From Dysgonamonadaceae bacterium (lineage in GTDB: Bacteria > Bacteroidota > Bacteroidia > Bacteroidales > Dysgonomonadaceae): 54,481 nt of DNA. Made by a program: the position numbers and the translations under genes. Location: NCBI GenBank assembly GCA_029975415.1, contig JARKPE010000078.1:1-54481 (forward strand), written 5' to 3'. The notes beneath the pieces are model-generated. The model searched no databases. It was not told the DNA's origin and saw nothing but the letters and a program-made list of their open reading frames with translations. Positions 46,424 through 54,481 of the stretch are shown here, in pieces. How positions within the stretch are numbered: the first letter of the stretch is position 1; every line of letters begins with the position of its first letter.

Positions 46424-48265
46424 TTATCCGTTGGGATAAAGTTTTTGAATCAGGTCGGATCGATTTATTTTCTTAAGTTCGCGGATGATAGCTTTTTTGT
46501 ATTGTGGATCATACCAGAAGAAGAATAATCGTTGTGAATTTTTTTCTTCTTTAGTTTTAGCCGTATAAATAGGTTCGAGTGTATAGGGATGCACGCTTGT
46601 ATAATAAATTTCGGTAGCCAGTGTCATGGGGGAAGGCGTGAAATCTTGTACTTGTTCGAGCTTGAAGTTCAGATTTTTGGTAATGACTGCAAGTTCGGCC
46701 ATATCTTCTTCGGTACAACCCGGATGCGACGAAATGAAATAGGGAATTAATTGCTGATTGAGATGATATTTTTTGTTGGTGTCGTCGAAAATTTTTTTCA
46801 GTCGGAAAAATTGCTCGAACGAAGGTTTACGCATGATGTTAAGCGTCTTTTCGGAAGTATGCTCCGGTGCAACTTTCAATCTGCCCGAAACATGGTTTCG
46901 GATGAGTTCTACTGTATATTTTTCGGCCGCTGCATTGGCTTTCTCATCCTTGCCACGATGAAGCAATAAATCGTATCGAATTCCGCTTCCTATGAAGGAT
47001 TTTTTAATTTCGGGCATCTTGTCCACAGCATGGTAAATATCGAGTAAATCGGAATGATCGGTGTTGAGGTTTGGACAGATTCGTGGAAAAATGCAGGAAG
47101 GTTTTTTACATTTTTCGCAAATCGACAAATCTTTGCCAGCCATTCGATACATATTTGCCGACGGGCCGCCCAAATCGCTCAAGTATCCTTTGAAATCGGG
47201 CATCGCGACAATTTTTTTCACTTCCTCGAGAATCGATTTTTTCGATCGCGAAGCGATGAATTTCCCCTGATGTGCCGAAATCGTACAAAAAGCACAACCG
47301 CCAAAGCATCCCCTGTGCGTATTTACCGAAAATTTAATCATTTCGTAGGCCGGAATGTGCTTGTCTTTGTATTTTGGATGGGGTAGGCGAGTGTAGGGCA
47401 AATCAAACGAAGCGTCGATCTCTTTTTCGCTCATGGGAGGGAAAGGTGGATTTACCACAATTGTTTTATCATCCACGTCCTGCAAGATGCGGGCTGCATG
47501 GATGCGATTGGATTGTTCCTCGACGATGCGGAAGTTTTTTGCCTGTTTGATTTTATCTTTCAAGCATTCTTCATGTGAATAAAGACGTATTTCATCTTCG
47601 AATTGGTTGACGGGAACGGCATTTTTAGATCTGGCAATTGCTGTTTGAGGAATGTCGGTAATTTGATTGATTTTTTTACCCGCTTTCAACTCATTTACAA
47701 TCTGTTTGAGGGGCAACTCACCCATGCCATACACCAAAATATCGGCACCTGTGTCCATCAAAATACTTTTGTGCAGATGGTCGTCCCAATAGTCGTAATG
47801 CGTGATGCGACGAAGTGAACCTTCGATGCCGCCCAAAACAATCGGTACTTCCGGAAACAGTTTTTTGAGAATATTGCAATAAACAATGGTTGCCCTATCA
47901 GGGCGCATTCCTGTTTTACCGTCGGCAGTGTAGGCGTCGTTTGATCGCAATCGCTTGTTGGCTGTATAATGGTTGATCATCGAATCCATCACTCCGGCCG
48001 AAACTCCGAAAAACAGGCGTGGTGTGCCCATTTTGCGAAAATCACGTAAATCGTCGCGCCAATTTGGCTGAGGGACTATCGCTACACGTAAGCCTTCGCT
48101 TTCGAGTAGTCGTCCTATGACTGCCGCACCAAACGAAGGGTGATCGATGTAGGCATCGCCCGAGAAAATGATCGCATCAAGGTAGTCCCAACCACGAAGC
48201 TCCATTTCTTTTTTGGTTGTGGGCAACCAGTCGGTGAGTCGATATGTCGTTTTTTTTGAAATCAA
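46424..48265 (-). CDS. YgiQ (UPF0313) family radical SAM protein
   Basis: GDAYIDHPSFG, HRGCFGGCAFC, DLGGPSANMY, KVAPEH and QVQDFTPSPM. TTG start overlaps the sulP TGA. Confidence 0.92.
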   Translation of the reverse strand: MISKKTTYRLTDWLPTTKKEMELRGWDYLDAIIFSGDAYIDHPSFGAAVIGRLLESEGLRVAIVPQPNWRDDLRDFRKMGTPRLFFGVSAGVMDSMINHYTANKRLRSNDAYTADGKTGMRPDRATIVYCNILKKLFPEVPIVLGGIEGSLRRITHYDYWDDHLHKSILMDTGADILVYGMGELPLKQIVNELKAGKKINQITDIPQTAIARSKNAVPVNQFEDEIRLYSHEECLKDKIKQAKNFRIVEEQSNRIHAARILQDVDDKTIVVNPPFPPMSEKEIDASFDLPYTRLPHPKYKDKHIPAYEMIKFSVNTHRGCFGGCAFCTISAHQGKFIASRSKKSILEEVKKIVAMPDFKGYLSDLGGPSANMYRMAGKDLSICEKCKKPSCIFPRICPNLNTDHSDLLDIYHAVDKMPEIKKSFIGSGIRYDLLLHRGKDEKANAAAEKYTVELIRNHVSGRLKVAPEHTSEKTLNIMRKPSFEQFFRLKKIFDDTNKKYHLNQQLIPYFISSHPGCTEEDMAELAVITKNLNFKLEQVQDFTPSPMTLATEIYYTSVHPYTLEPIYTAKTKEEKNSQRLFFFWYDPQYKKAIIRELKKINRSDLIQKLYPNG

Positions 48266-49983
48266 TTTTGTGAGGAGTGTGAATTCTTGTTGTGTGCCGA
48301 AAGCAAACGTGCTCTATCGAGAGCCTGATGTATATCGGAACATATATTGTCTTCTCCGATAATTGATGGAATATTCGATTTGTAAAGACTTGCACGCACC
48401 TGATCGTTTACACCGGAAAGAATAACCTGTATTTTTTCTTTTTTTGAATTTTTGCAAAGGTCTTCAAGATTCTTTAATCCGGTTGAATCGATAAACGGTA
48501 CCTTTCGCATTCTGATTATTCGTATTTGTGGTTTTTCTCCAAGTTCTCTCATCAATTCGTCGAACCTGTTTGCTACTCCGAAGAAAAACGGGCCCTCAAT
48601 TTCGTATATATCCACATTTTTAGGTATTTGTAGGATGTCTTTTTCAGGATGAACGATTTTCGATTCAGTTTCTTTCGAAAGATCAAGCTTGTCGTAAATG
48701 ACAGATATGCGAGTGCTCTCAGAAACTCGTTTGAGAAAAAGAAAAACTGCCAGTAACAAACCTACCTCTATGGCGATTGTCAGGTCGAAAACTACCGTGA
48801 GTGTGAAAGTAGCGATTAAAACAGCCAACGTTGATTTTGATTGTTTTGCCTGAGAAACAAAAGTTCGCCACTCGCTCATATTGTACGAAACAACTACTAA
48901 GATTCCCGCAAGACAAGCCATCGGAATATGTTTGGTCAGATCACCCAAAAACAAGACAACAAATAAAAGCACAATAGCATGAATAATTCCTGCAACGGGA
49001 GTTTTTCCACCGTTATTGATGTTTGTCATTGTTCGAGCAATAGCTCCTGTGGCGGGGATTCCTCCAAAAAAAGGCGTAACAATATTGGCTGCTCCCTGGG
49101 CTACCAGTTCCATATTCGAATTATGTTTTTGACCTGTGGCACCATCAGCTACTGTGGCCGAGAGGAGAGATTCGATGGCTCCCAGCATGGCGATCGTAAA
49201 TGCTGACGGAAAAAGTGTTCTAATGCTTGTCAAATCCAGTCCTATAGGTTTAAATTCCGGCAAACGACTATCGATGGTGAATCTGTCTCCAATAGTTTCA
49301 ATTCCTTGTATTCCAAAATATTTTTTTAAAAAAAATGCTCCAACTGTCATAACGACGAGCGCAACGAGCGATCCGGGTATTTTTTTCGATAACTTGGCTG
49401 TTCCGATTATAATGATGATGCTGACAATTCCGATCAGGGTTGCCCATATGTTGATTTCATTAAAATGTTGAAAATAGTAAGTCCATTTTTGAAAAAAATC
49501 GGATGGAATTTTTTCTATACCCAACCCAAATAGATCGTTGATTTGAGTGGAAAAGATAGTGAGAGCAATGCCTGAAGTAAAGCCTACCACTATTGGGTAT
49601 GGAATGTATTGGATAACGGATCCGAGTTTGAGTAATCCCATCAAGAGGAGCATGATCCCTGCCAAAACAGTTGCGACGGCCAATCCTTCTACGCCATAAG
49701 TTTCGATAATTCCGTAAACAATGACGATGAAAGCACCTGTCGGCCCACCGATCTGGACATTGCTTCCACCAAGTAGAGATATGATAAATCCGGCGATGAC
49801 TGCTGTATAAATTCCTTTTTCGGGAGAAACTCCCGATGCTATAGCAAAAGCTATTGCCAAAGGAAGAGCCACCACACCGACGATTATCCCTGCGAGCAAA
49901 TCTGAAGTAAATTTTTCTCGATTGTAGTCACGCAATGCAACGAACAATGCAGGTCGATAGTCTTTCAATATATCTAATTTCAT
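48262..49983 (-). CDS. SulP/SLC26 family anion transporter with STAS domain
   Basis: DLLAGIIVGVVALPLAIAFAIASG, QIGGPTG, ATGAIART and STAS EIEGPFFFG...IDSTG. Confidence 0.93.
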   Translation of the reverse strand: MKLDILKDYRPALFVALRDYNREKFTSDLLAGIIVGVVALPLAIAFAIASGVSPEKGIYTAVIAGFIISLLGGSNVQIGGPTGAFIVIVYGIIETYGVEGLAVATVLAGIMLLLMGLLKLGSVIQYIPYPIVVGFTSGIALTIFSTQINDLFGLGIEKIPSDFFQKWTYYFQHFNEINIWATLIGIVSIIIIIGTAKLSKKIPGSLVALVVMTVGAFFLKKYFGIQGIETIGDRFTIDSRLPEFKPIGLDLTSIRTLFPSAFTIAMLGAIESLLSATVADGATGQKHNSNMELVAQGAANIVTPFFGGIPATGAIARTMTNINNGGKTPVAGIIHAIVLLFVVLFLGDLTKHIPMACLAGILVVVSYNMSEWRTFVSQAKQSKSTLAVLIATFTLTVVFDLTIAIEVGLLLAVFLFLKRVSESTRISVIYDKLDLSKETESKIVHPEKDILQIPKNVDIYEIEGPFFFGVANRFDELMRELGEKPQIRIIRMRKVPFIDSTGLKNLEDLCKNSKKEKIQVILSGVNDQVRASLYKSNIPSIIGEDNICSDIHQALDRARLLSAHNKNSHSSQN

Positions 49984-50237
49984 TCAGAGACAATATTCTT
50001 TGAAAAATCGGATACAAAAATACATGATAATTTTCAATTGAGACTAAGATTGATAAAATTCGCTTTCTTCTCTCATCGAGAGCAAAATTATGCAGCAAGT
50101 GCACGTTTTTGAGCAAAGGTTCAACGATTGTCAGTGTAGATCAACAAGGGCATTATTTCGGGAGAATGCAACCCGATTGGGTTCAAATTCAAAATAGAAG
50201 CAATAAAAGGATAGGGATATAAAAAAAGAGCGATAAA

Positions 50238-50879
50238 TCAAATCGCTCCCTGTTCCACCAAAACGCATGCGCGTTCCGTAAGTCGATCTTCCCCGAAAGG
50301 ATCGTATCGCGCTTTCAGACTATTACCAAACATACTGGCAAATAAGTTATAAGACCATGCTTTGAAGCTTCCCATAAAAGCATCGATAATGCCGTATGAA
50401 GACGTATTTGTTTCGCGATCAACTAATTTAATCAACAATTGTCCCTGCGAACGTGTGAGTTTACTCATCTTCGGCTTGTAGGCTTCGTATAGGTATTTTT
50501 CCATCGCTTCCAAATGTTTTTGACGAGCCTTGTCGTTGGGAAGCGTTTCCATATATTCGTAGGTTTCGATAATGATGTTTGATATTTCCTTGGCATAGGG
50601 CAATGTCTTTTTTACATCGCGAATGAGTTTGTTGTATTGAACGGCTTCTTTTTGAGAGCGGAATCGAACCGGCGAATATTTGATGAAATCAAAAAGTTGC
50701 ATACAAGCCACCGTGTCTCCATCTATCAATATTGCGGGGTAGACATTTGGCATGAGATAAATCTTGGAACGAGTTTTTGTATCTCCTTCATTATTTGATG
50801 CATAATAATACTGTGCCATCGACTTAAGAGGCAAAAACACCAACAAGAGTAATATCAATATGTGACTTTTACTTTTCAT
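50238..50879 (-). CDS. DUF4294-like exported protein
   Basis: Signal peptide, VKKTLPYAK, LTRSQGQLLIKLVDRET and FGNSLK. ATG 50879 preferred; TATCTTTG at rc 50888-50895. Confidence 0.8.
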   Translation of the reverse strand: MKSKSHILILLLLVFLPLKSMAQYYYASNNEGDTKTRSKIYLMPNVYPAILIDGDTVACMQLFDFIKYSPVRFRSQKEAVQYNKLIRDVKKTLPYAKEISNIIIETYEYMETLPNDKARQKHLEAMEKYLYEAYKPKMSKLTRSQGQLLIKLVDRETNTSSYGIIDAFMGSFKAWSYNLFASMFGNSLKARYDPFGEDRLTERACVLVEQGAI

Positions 50880-51127
50880 AAACAATACAAAGATATAGTC
50901 AAAGATCCGTACGATGAATAGGTTGCAAGTTAAGTGTAGTTAATTAAACTCCGAGTTTATAGCTTGTTAAGTAAATTATTTGGAAAAGCATTCCGTAATT
51001 ACAACCCGTTATATAACGTAAATATTTGTTTTTAGTTTTTACATTGAAATATTTTTGTTTTTCCATCCTGATCATATTTAAAAGTTCAAGATTAATTCTA
51101 TCTTTGAATCCATAAACACTTATTGCA

Positions 51128-52933
51128 ATGGAAATTCATCATTTGGGAGAAATCGTATTTAAACAAGCGTCGAAATATAAAACCCGTACCGAAATTAAAT
51201 ATCAGGCTGAGGGAGGCAAGTGGCGAAACATGTCGTGGGTGGAGCTTGCCGACAAAGTTTTGAAAGCAGCGCGAGCAATGGCAGAGTTGGGAATTGTTCC
51301 CGGCGACAATATCGGCATTTATTCGCAGAATATGGAAAAATATCTAATTACCGATTTTGCCGCATTTGCCAACCGTGCTGTTATGGTACCGATATACGCT
51401 ACTGCTTCACCATCGCAAGTGGCTTATATCACCAATGATGCCGGAATAAAACTCGTTTTCGTGGGTGAACAGTTTCAATACAACAATGCTTACAAGGTGC
51501 AACGCGACGCAGGGATCATAGAACGTCTTATTGTTTTCGATCGCGAGGTTGTTTTGCATCCTGAAGACAAAACATCTGTTTATTTCGACGTTTTCATGGC
51601 GGCAGGTGAAACTTCGGAATCTGAAGCAATGGTAAATGTTCGCCTCAAGCAGCTAAAAAAAAGCGATTTGGCAACTATCATTTACACATCCGGTACTACC
51701 GGCGAGCCAAAGGGTGTGATGCTGACACACGAAAATTACTTGCAAGCTTTCAAAATTCACGAAATGCGACTCACAGAATATTCCGACAGAGATGTTTCGA
51801 TGTGTTTTTTGCCCCTTACCCATATTTTTGAAAAAGCATGGACTTATTTGTGCATAGAAAAGGGAATTGCGATCGCAATCAACAAAGATCCTTCAAGGAT
51901 TCAGGAAAACCTCCGTCAGGTTCGCCCGACACTGATGTGCTGTGTCCCTCGCTTTTGGGAAAAAGTGTATGAAGGCATTCAAGATCAAATTGAATCTTAT
52001 CCGGTAATTATGAAATGGTTGCTCCAGGATGCCGTAAAAACCGGACGAAAGCATAACCTCGAAGATCGCAACAAACGGAAAAAAGCTTCTATAGGGAATT
52101 CACTGAAATTTTACTTGTATAAAAATACTATTTTCTTCATTATCAAACGCATTGTTGGAATCGACCGCGGGAATTTTTTTCCTGTTGCAGGAGCTCCTTT
52201 GTCTGATATGATCAACGAATTTATGCAATCCATCGACGTGCATTTGATTTACGGATATGGGCTTTCGGAAACTACGGCCACTGTGAGCTGCTTTCCGCAT
52301 ATAGGGTTCACGATCGGTACCGTGGGGAAAGTAATGCCCGAAGTGGACGTGAAAATAGGAGAAAACAACGAAATCCTGGTAAAAGGCAAAACCGTAATGA
52401 AAGGTTATTATAACAAACCGGACGAAACCAAAGCCGTTTTCACCGACGACGGTTATTTCAAAACAGGCGATGCCGGTTATCTGACCGAAAACAATGAGAT
52501 TGTCCTCACGGATCGAATCAAAGATTTGTATAAAACATCCAACGGTAAATACATTGCTCCTCAAATGATCGAAACCCGAATAGGCGAAGACAAATACATC
52601 GATCAGATAGCCGTGATCGGAAACGAGCGAAAGTTTGTGAGCGCTCTCATTGTCCCCAACTTCGAAGCGCTTCGCGAATATGCCGACAAACAAGGCATCC
52701 CTTATACGTCGGACGAAGATTTGGTTGCAAACCCCGACATCGAATCGTTTATCTACGAACGGGTAGAAATGAAGCAAGCCGATTTTACTTCTTACGAAAA
52801 GATAAAACGCTTTACACTGTTAACAAAACCGTTTACGATGGAATCGGGCGAATTGACCAATACACTCAAACTGCGCCGAAAAGTCATCCTCGAAAACCGA
52901 GCCGATATTATCGAAAAAATGTATCAAAACTAA
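51128..52933 (+). CDS. Long-chain fatty acid-CoA ligase (AMP-binding)
   Basis: IIYTSGTTGEPKGV, YGYGLSET, YFKTGDAG and GKYIAPQ. TATCTTTG at 51099-51106. Confidence 0.93.
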   Translation: MEIHHLGEIVFKQASKYKTRTEIKYQAEGGKWRNMSWVELADKVLKAARAMAELGIVPGDNIGIYSQNMEKYLITDFAAFANRAVMVPIYATASPSQVAYITNDAGIKLVFVGEQFQYNNAYKVQRDAGIIERLIVFDREVVLHPEDKTSVYFDVFMAAGETSESEAMVNVRLKQLKKSDLATIIYTSGTTGEPKGVMLTHENYLQAFKIHEMRLTEYSDRDVSMCFLPLTHIFEKAWTYLCIEKGIAIAINKDPSRIQENLRQVRPTLMCCVPRFWEKVYEGIQDQIESYPVIMKWLLQDAVKTGRKHNLEDRNKRKKASIGNSLKFYLYKNTIFFIIKRIVGIDRGNFFPVAGAPLSDMINEFMQSIDVHLIYGYGLSETTATVSCFPHIGFTIGTVGKVMPEVDVKIGENNEILVKGKTVMKGYYNKPDETKAVFTDDGYFKTGDAGYLTENNEIVLTDRIKDLYKTSNGKYIAPQMIETRIGEDKYIDQIAVIGNERKFVSALIVPNFEALREYADKQGIPYTSDEDLVANPDIESFIYERVEMKQADFTSYEKIKRFTLLTKPFTMESGELTNTLKLRRKVILENRADIIEKMYQN

Positions 52934-53013
52934 AATCTACCACATACTTTCAAACTGAATTTTCTGCTTTCGTAAAAGCCTGATTTTTACTTCTCGAACT
53001 TAAGAAGTTTTAC

Positions 53014-53021
53014 TACCTTTG
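53014..53021 (+). promoter_or_regulatory. -7 promoter element for leuS
   Basis: TACCTTTG(CA) 27 nt upstream of the leuS ATG. Confidence 0.6.
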
Positions 53022-53048
53022 CAGCTGTTTTAAAAAAACTGTTTAGCA

Positions 53049-54481
53049 ATGGAATACAATTTCGGAGAAATAGAAAAACGATGGCAACAATATTGGATCG
53101 AACATCAGACCTATAAAGTAACAGAAGACCCTTCAAAACCAAAATACTACGTGCTCGACATGTTTCCCTATCCTTCGGGCGCAGGACTGCATGTGGGGCA
53201 TCCACTCGGATATATAGCTTCGGATATTTTTTCACGCTACAAACGATTGCAAGGTTTTAATGTGCTGCATCCGATGGGTTACGATGCCTTTGGCCTTCCC
53301 GCCGAACAGTATGCCATACAAACCGGTCAACATCCGGCCATTACTACACAAAAAAATATTGCTCGCTATCGCGAACAGCTTGACAAAATCGGATTTTCTT
53401 TCGATTGGAGTCGCGAGATACAAACTTGCGATCCCAAATACTACAAATGGACGCAGTGGGCATTCATCCGAATGTTTCATTCGTATTATGATAATCAACT
53501 TAAAAAATCTCGTCCTATAAGCGAACTGATGGAACATTTTTCGCGAAAGGGAACATCGGGATTGAACGCAGCTTGCACCGAGCCGCTGGAATTTACGGCA
53601 GAAGAATGGAATTCGAAATCGGAAAAAGAACAACAGCAAATTCTGATGAATTACCGAATAGCTTATCTCGGCGATACGATGGTAAACTGGTGTCCTCAAC
53701 TCGGGACAGTGCTTGCGAACGACGAGGTAAGCGAAGGAGTTTCCATACGTGGTGGTTATCCGGTAGAACAAAAGAAAATGCGTCAGTGGTGCTTGCGCGT
53801 TTCAGCTTATGCGCAACGTCTGCTCGACGGACTTGAAACTATCGAATGGACCGATTCGCTGAAAGATACGCAACGCAACTGGATCGGCAGAAGCGAGGGA
53901 GCCGTCATCCATTTCAACACCACGAAAGGAGTAATATTTGATGTTTTTACGACACGTGCCGACACCATTTTTGGCGTTACGTTCATGGTGCTTGCTCCCG
54001 AAAGCGAATTGGTGGAACAATTGACGACCGATGATCAGCGCGAAGCCGTGAATGCCTATCTCGACAAAACCAAAAAGAAAACCGAACGCGAACGCATTGC
54101 CGACAAGTCGGTAAGCGGCGTTTTTTCGGGTGCCTATGCCATTCATCCGTTTACGGGCGAAAAGCTTCCGATTTGGATTTCGGATTACGTACTTGCCGGT
54201 TACGGAACAGGTGCCATCATGGCCGTTCCTGCACACGACAGTCGCGACTATGCCTTTGCCAAACATTTCGATTTGCCAATTATTCCTCTTATCGAAGGAT
54301 GCGACGTATCGCAAGAGAGTTTCGATGCGAAGGAAGGCATCATGACAAATTCCGGCTTTTTGAACGGACTGACTGTGAAAGAAGCCATTCCGAGGGCAAT
54401 CGACGAAATACAAAATCGCGGACTGGGATACCGCAAAGTTAACTATCGCCTGCGTGATGCTATTTTCTCGCGTCAACGATA
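53049..54481 (+). CDS. leuS: Leucine--tRNA ligase, 5' part (runs off the window; absent from the ORF track)
   Basis: Manual translation: [13 protein letters not shown]...[18 protein letters not shown] (HIGH motif), [31 protein letters not shown] and [11 protein letters not shown]. Confidence 0.96.
   Translation, partial: MEYNFGEIEKRWQQYWIEHQTYKVTEDPSKPKYYVLDMFPYPSGAGLHVGHPLGYIASDIFSRYKRLQGFNVLHPMGYDAFGLPAEQYAIQTGQHPAITTQKNIARYREQLDKIGFSFDWSREIQTCDPKYYKWTQWAFIRMFHSYYDNQLKKSRPISELMEHFSRKGTSGLNAACTEPLEFTAEEWNSKSEKEQQQILMNYRIAYLGDTMVNWCPQLGTVLANDEVSEGVSIRGGYPVEQKKMRQWCLRVSAYAQRLLDGLETIEWTDSLKDTQRNWIGRSEGAVIHFNTTKGVIFDVFTTRADTIFGVTFMVLAPESELVEQLTTDDQREAVNAYLDKTKKKTERERIADKSVSGVFSGAYAIHPFTGEKLPIWISDYVLAGYGTGAIMAVPAHDSRDYAFAKHFDLPIIPLIEGCDVSQESFDAKEGIMTNSGFLNGLTVKEAIPRAIDEIQNRGLGYRKVNYRLRDAIFSRQR

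Noticed and set aside
52934-53048. T-box or attenuator upstream of leuS
   Set aside because: The promoter element is only 27 nt from the ATG, and there is no T-box motif or room for one.
52100-54476. Long minus-strand ORFs (52100-52777, 53232-53771, 53802-54476)
   Set aside because: Antisense shadows of the acyl-CoA ligase and of leuS, which is the real gene on the + strand.
1-54481. CRISPR arrays, tRNA/rRNA genes, prophage, integrase or recognisable defence systems
   Set aside because: No regularly spaced repeats, cloverleaf or rRNA-like segments, or such protein motifs seen by eye; nearly all space is filled by identifiable genes.

Overview
A 54.5 kb core-genome segment of a Bacteroidales bacterium. 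The assignment rests on TAnnTTTG promoters, the Bat operon and porG-uppS-bamA-skp synteny; Dysgonomonadaceae/Porphyromonadaceae-like is my inference. It holds about 50 mostly housekeeping CDSs: GH109, fabI, sua5, S41 peptidase, dusB, arsC, nadA, ychF, tgt, lipA/lipB, moxR-batABCDE, bamA/skp, ribD, prmC, recX, pyrE, a fucose locus, ygiQ, sulP, an acyl-CoA ligase and a partial leuS that is missing from the ORF track. I found no rRNA, tRNA, CRISPR array, prophage or defence island. Features the gene list does not explain: (1) the ~510 bp AT-rich gap between arsC and nadA has the architecture of a replication origin with no dnaA in this window (clustered TTWTCAACA-type boxes, then tandem boxes + GG + six period-3 DnaA-trio-like repeats + an AT-rich tract); (2) a probable IS end at the left edge truncates a metallo-beta-lactamase-fold gene; (3) the fucose operon lacks fucK/fucA and has two candidate FucR operators; (4) an ECF-sigma-like promoter precedes a NigD-like lipoprotein. 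All family assignments come from motif recognition by eye; no database searches were run.
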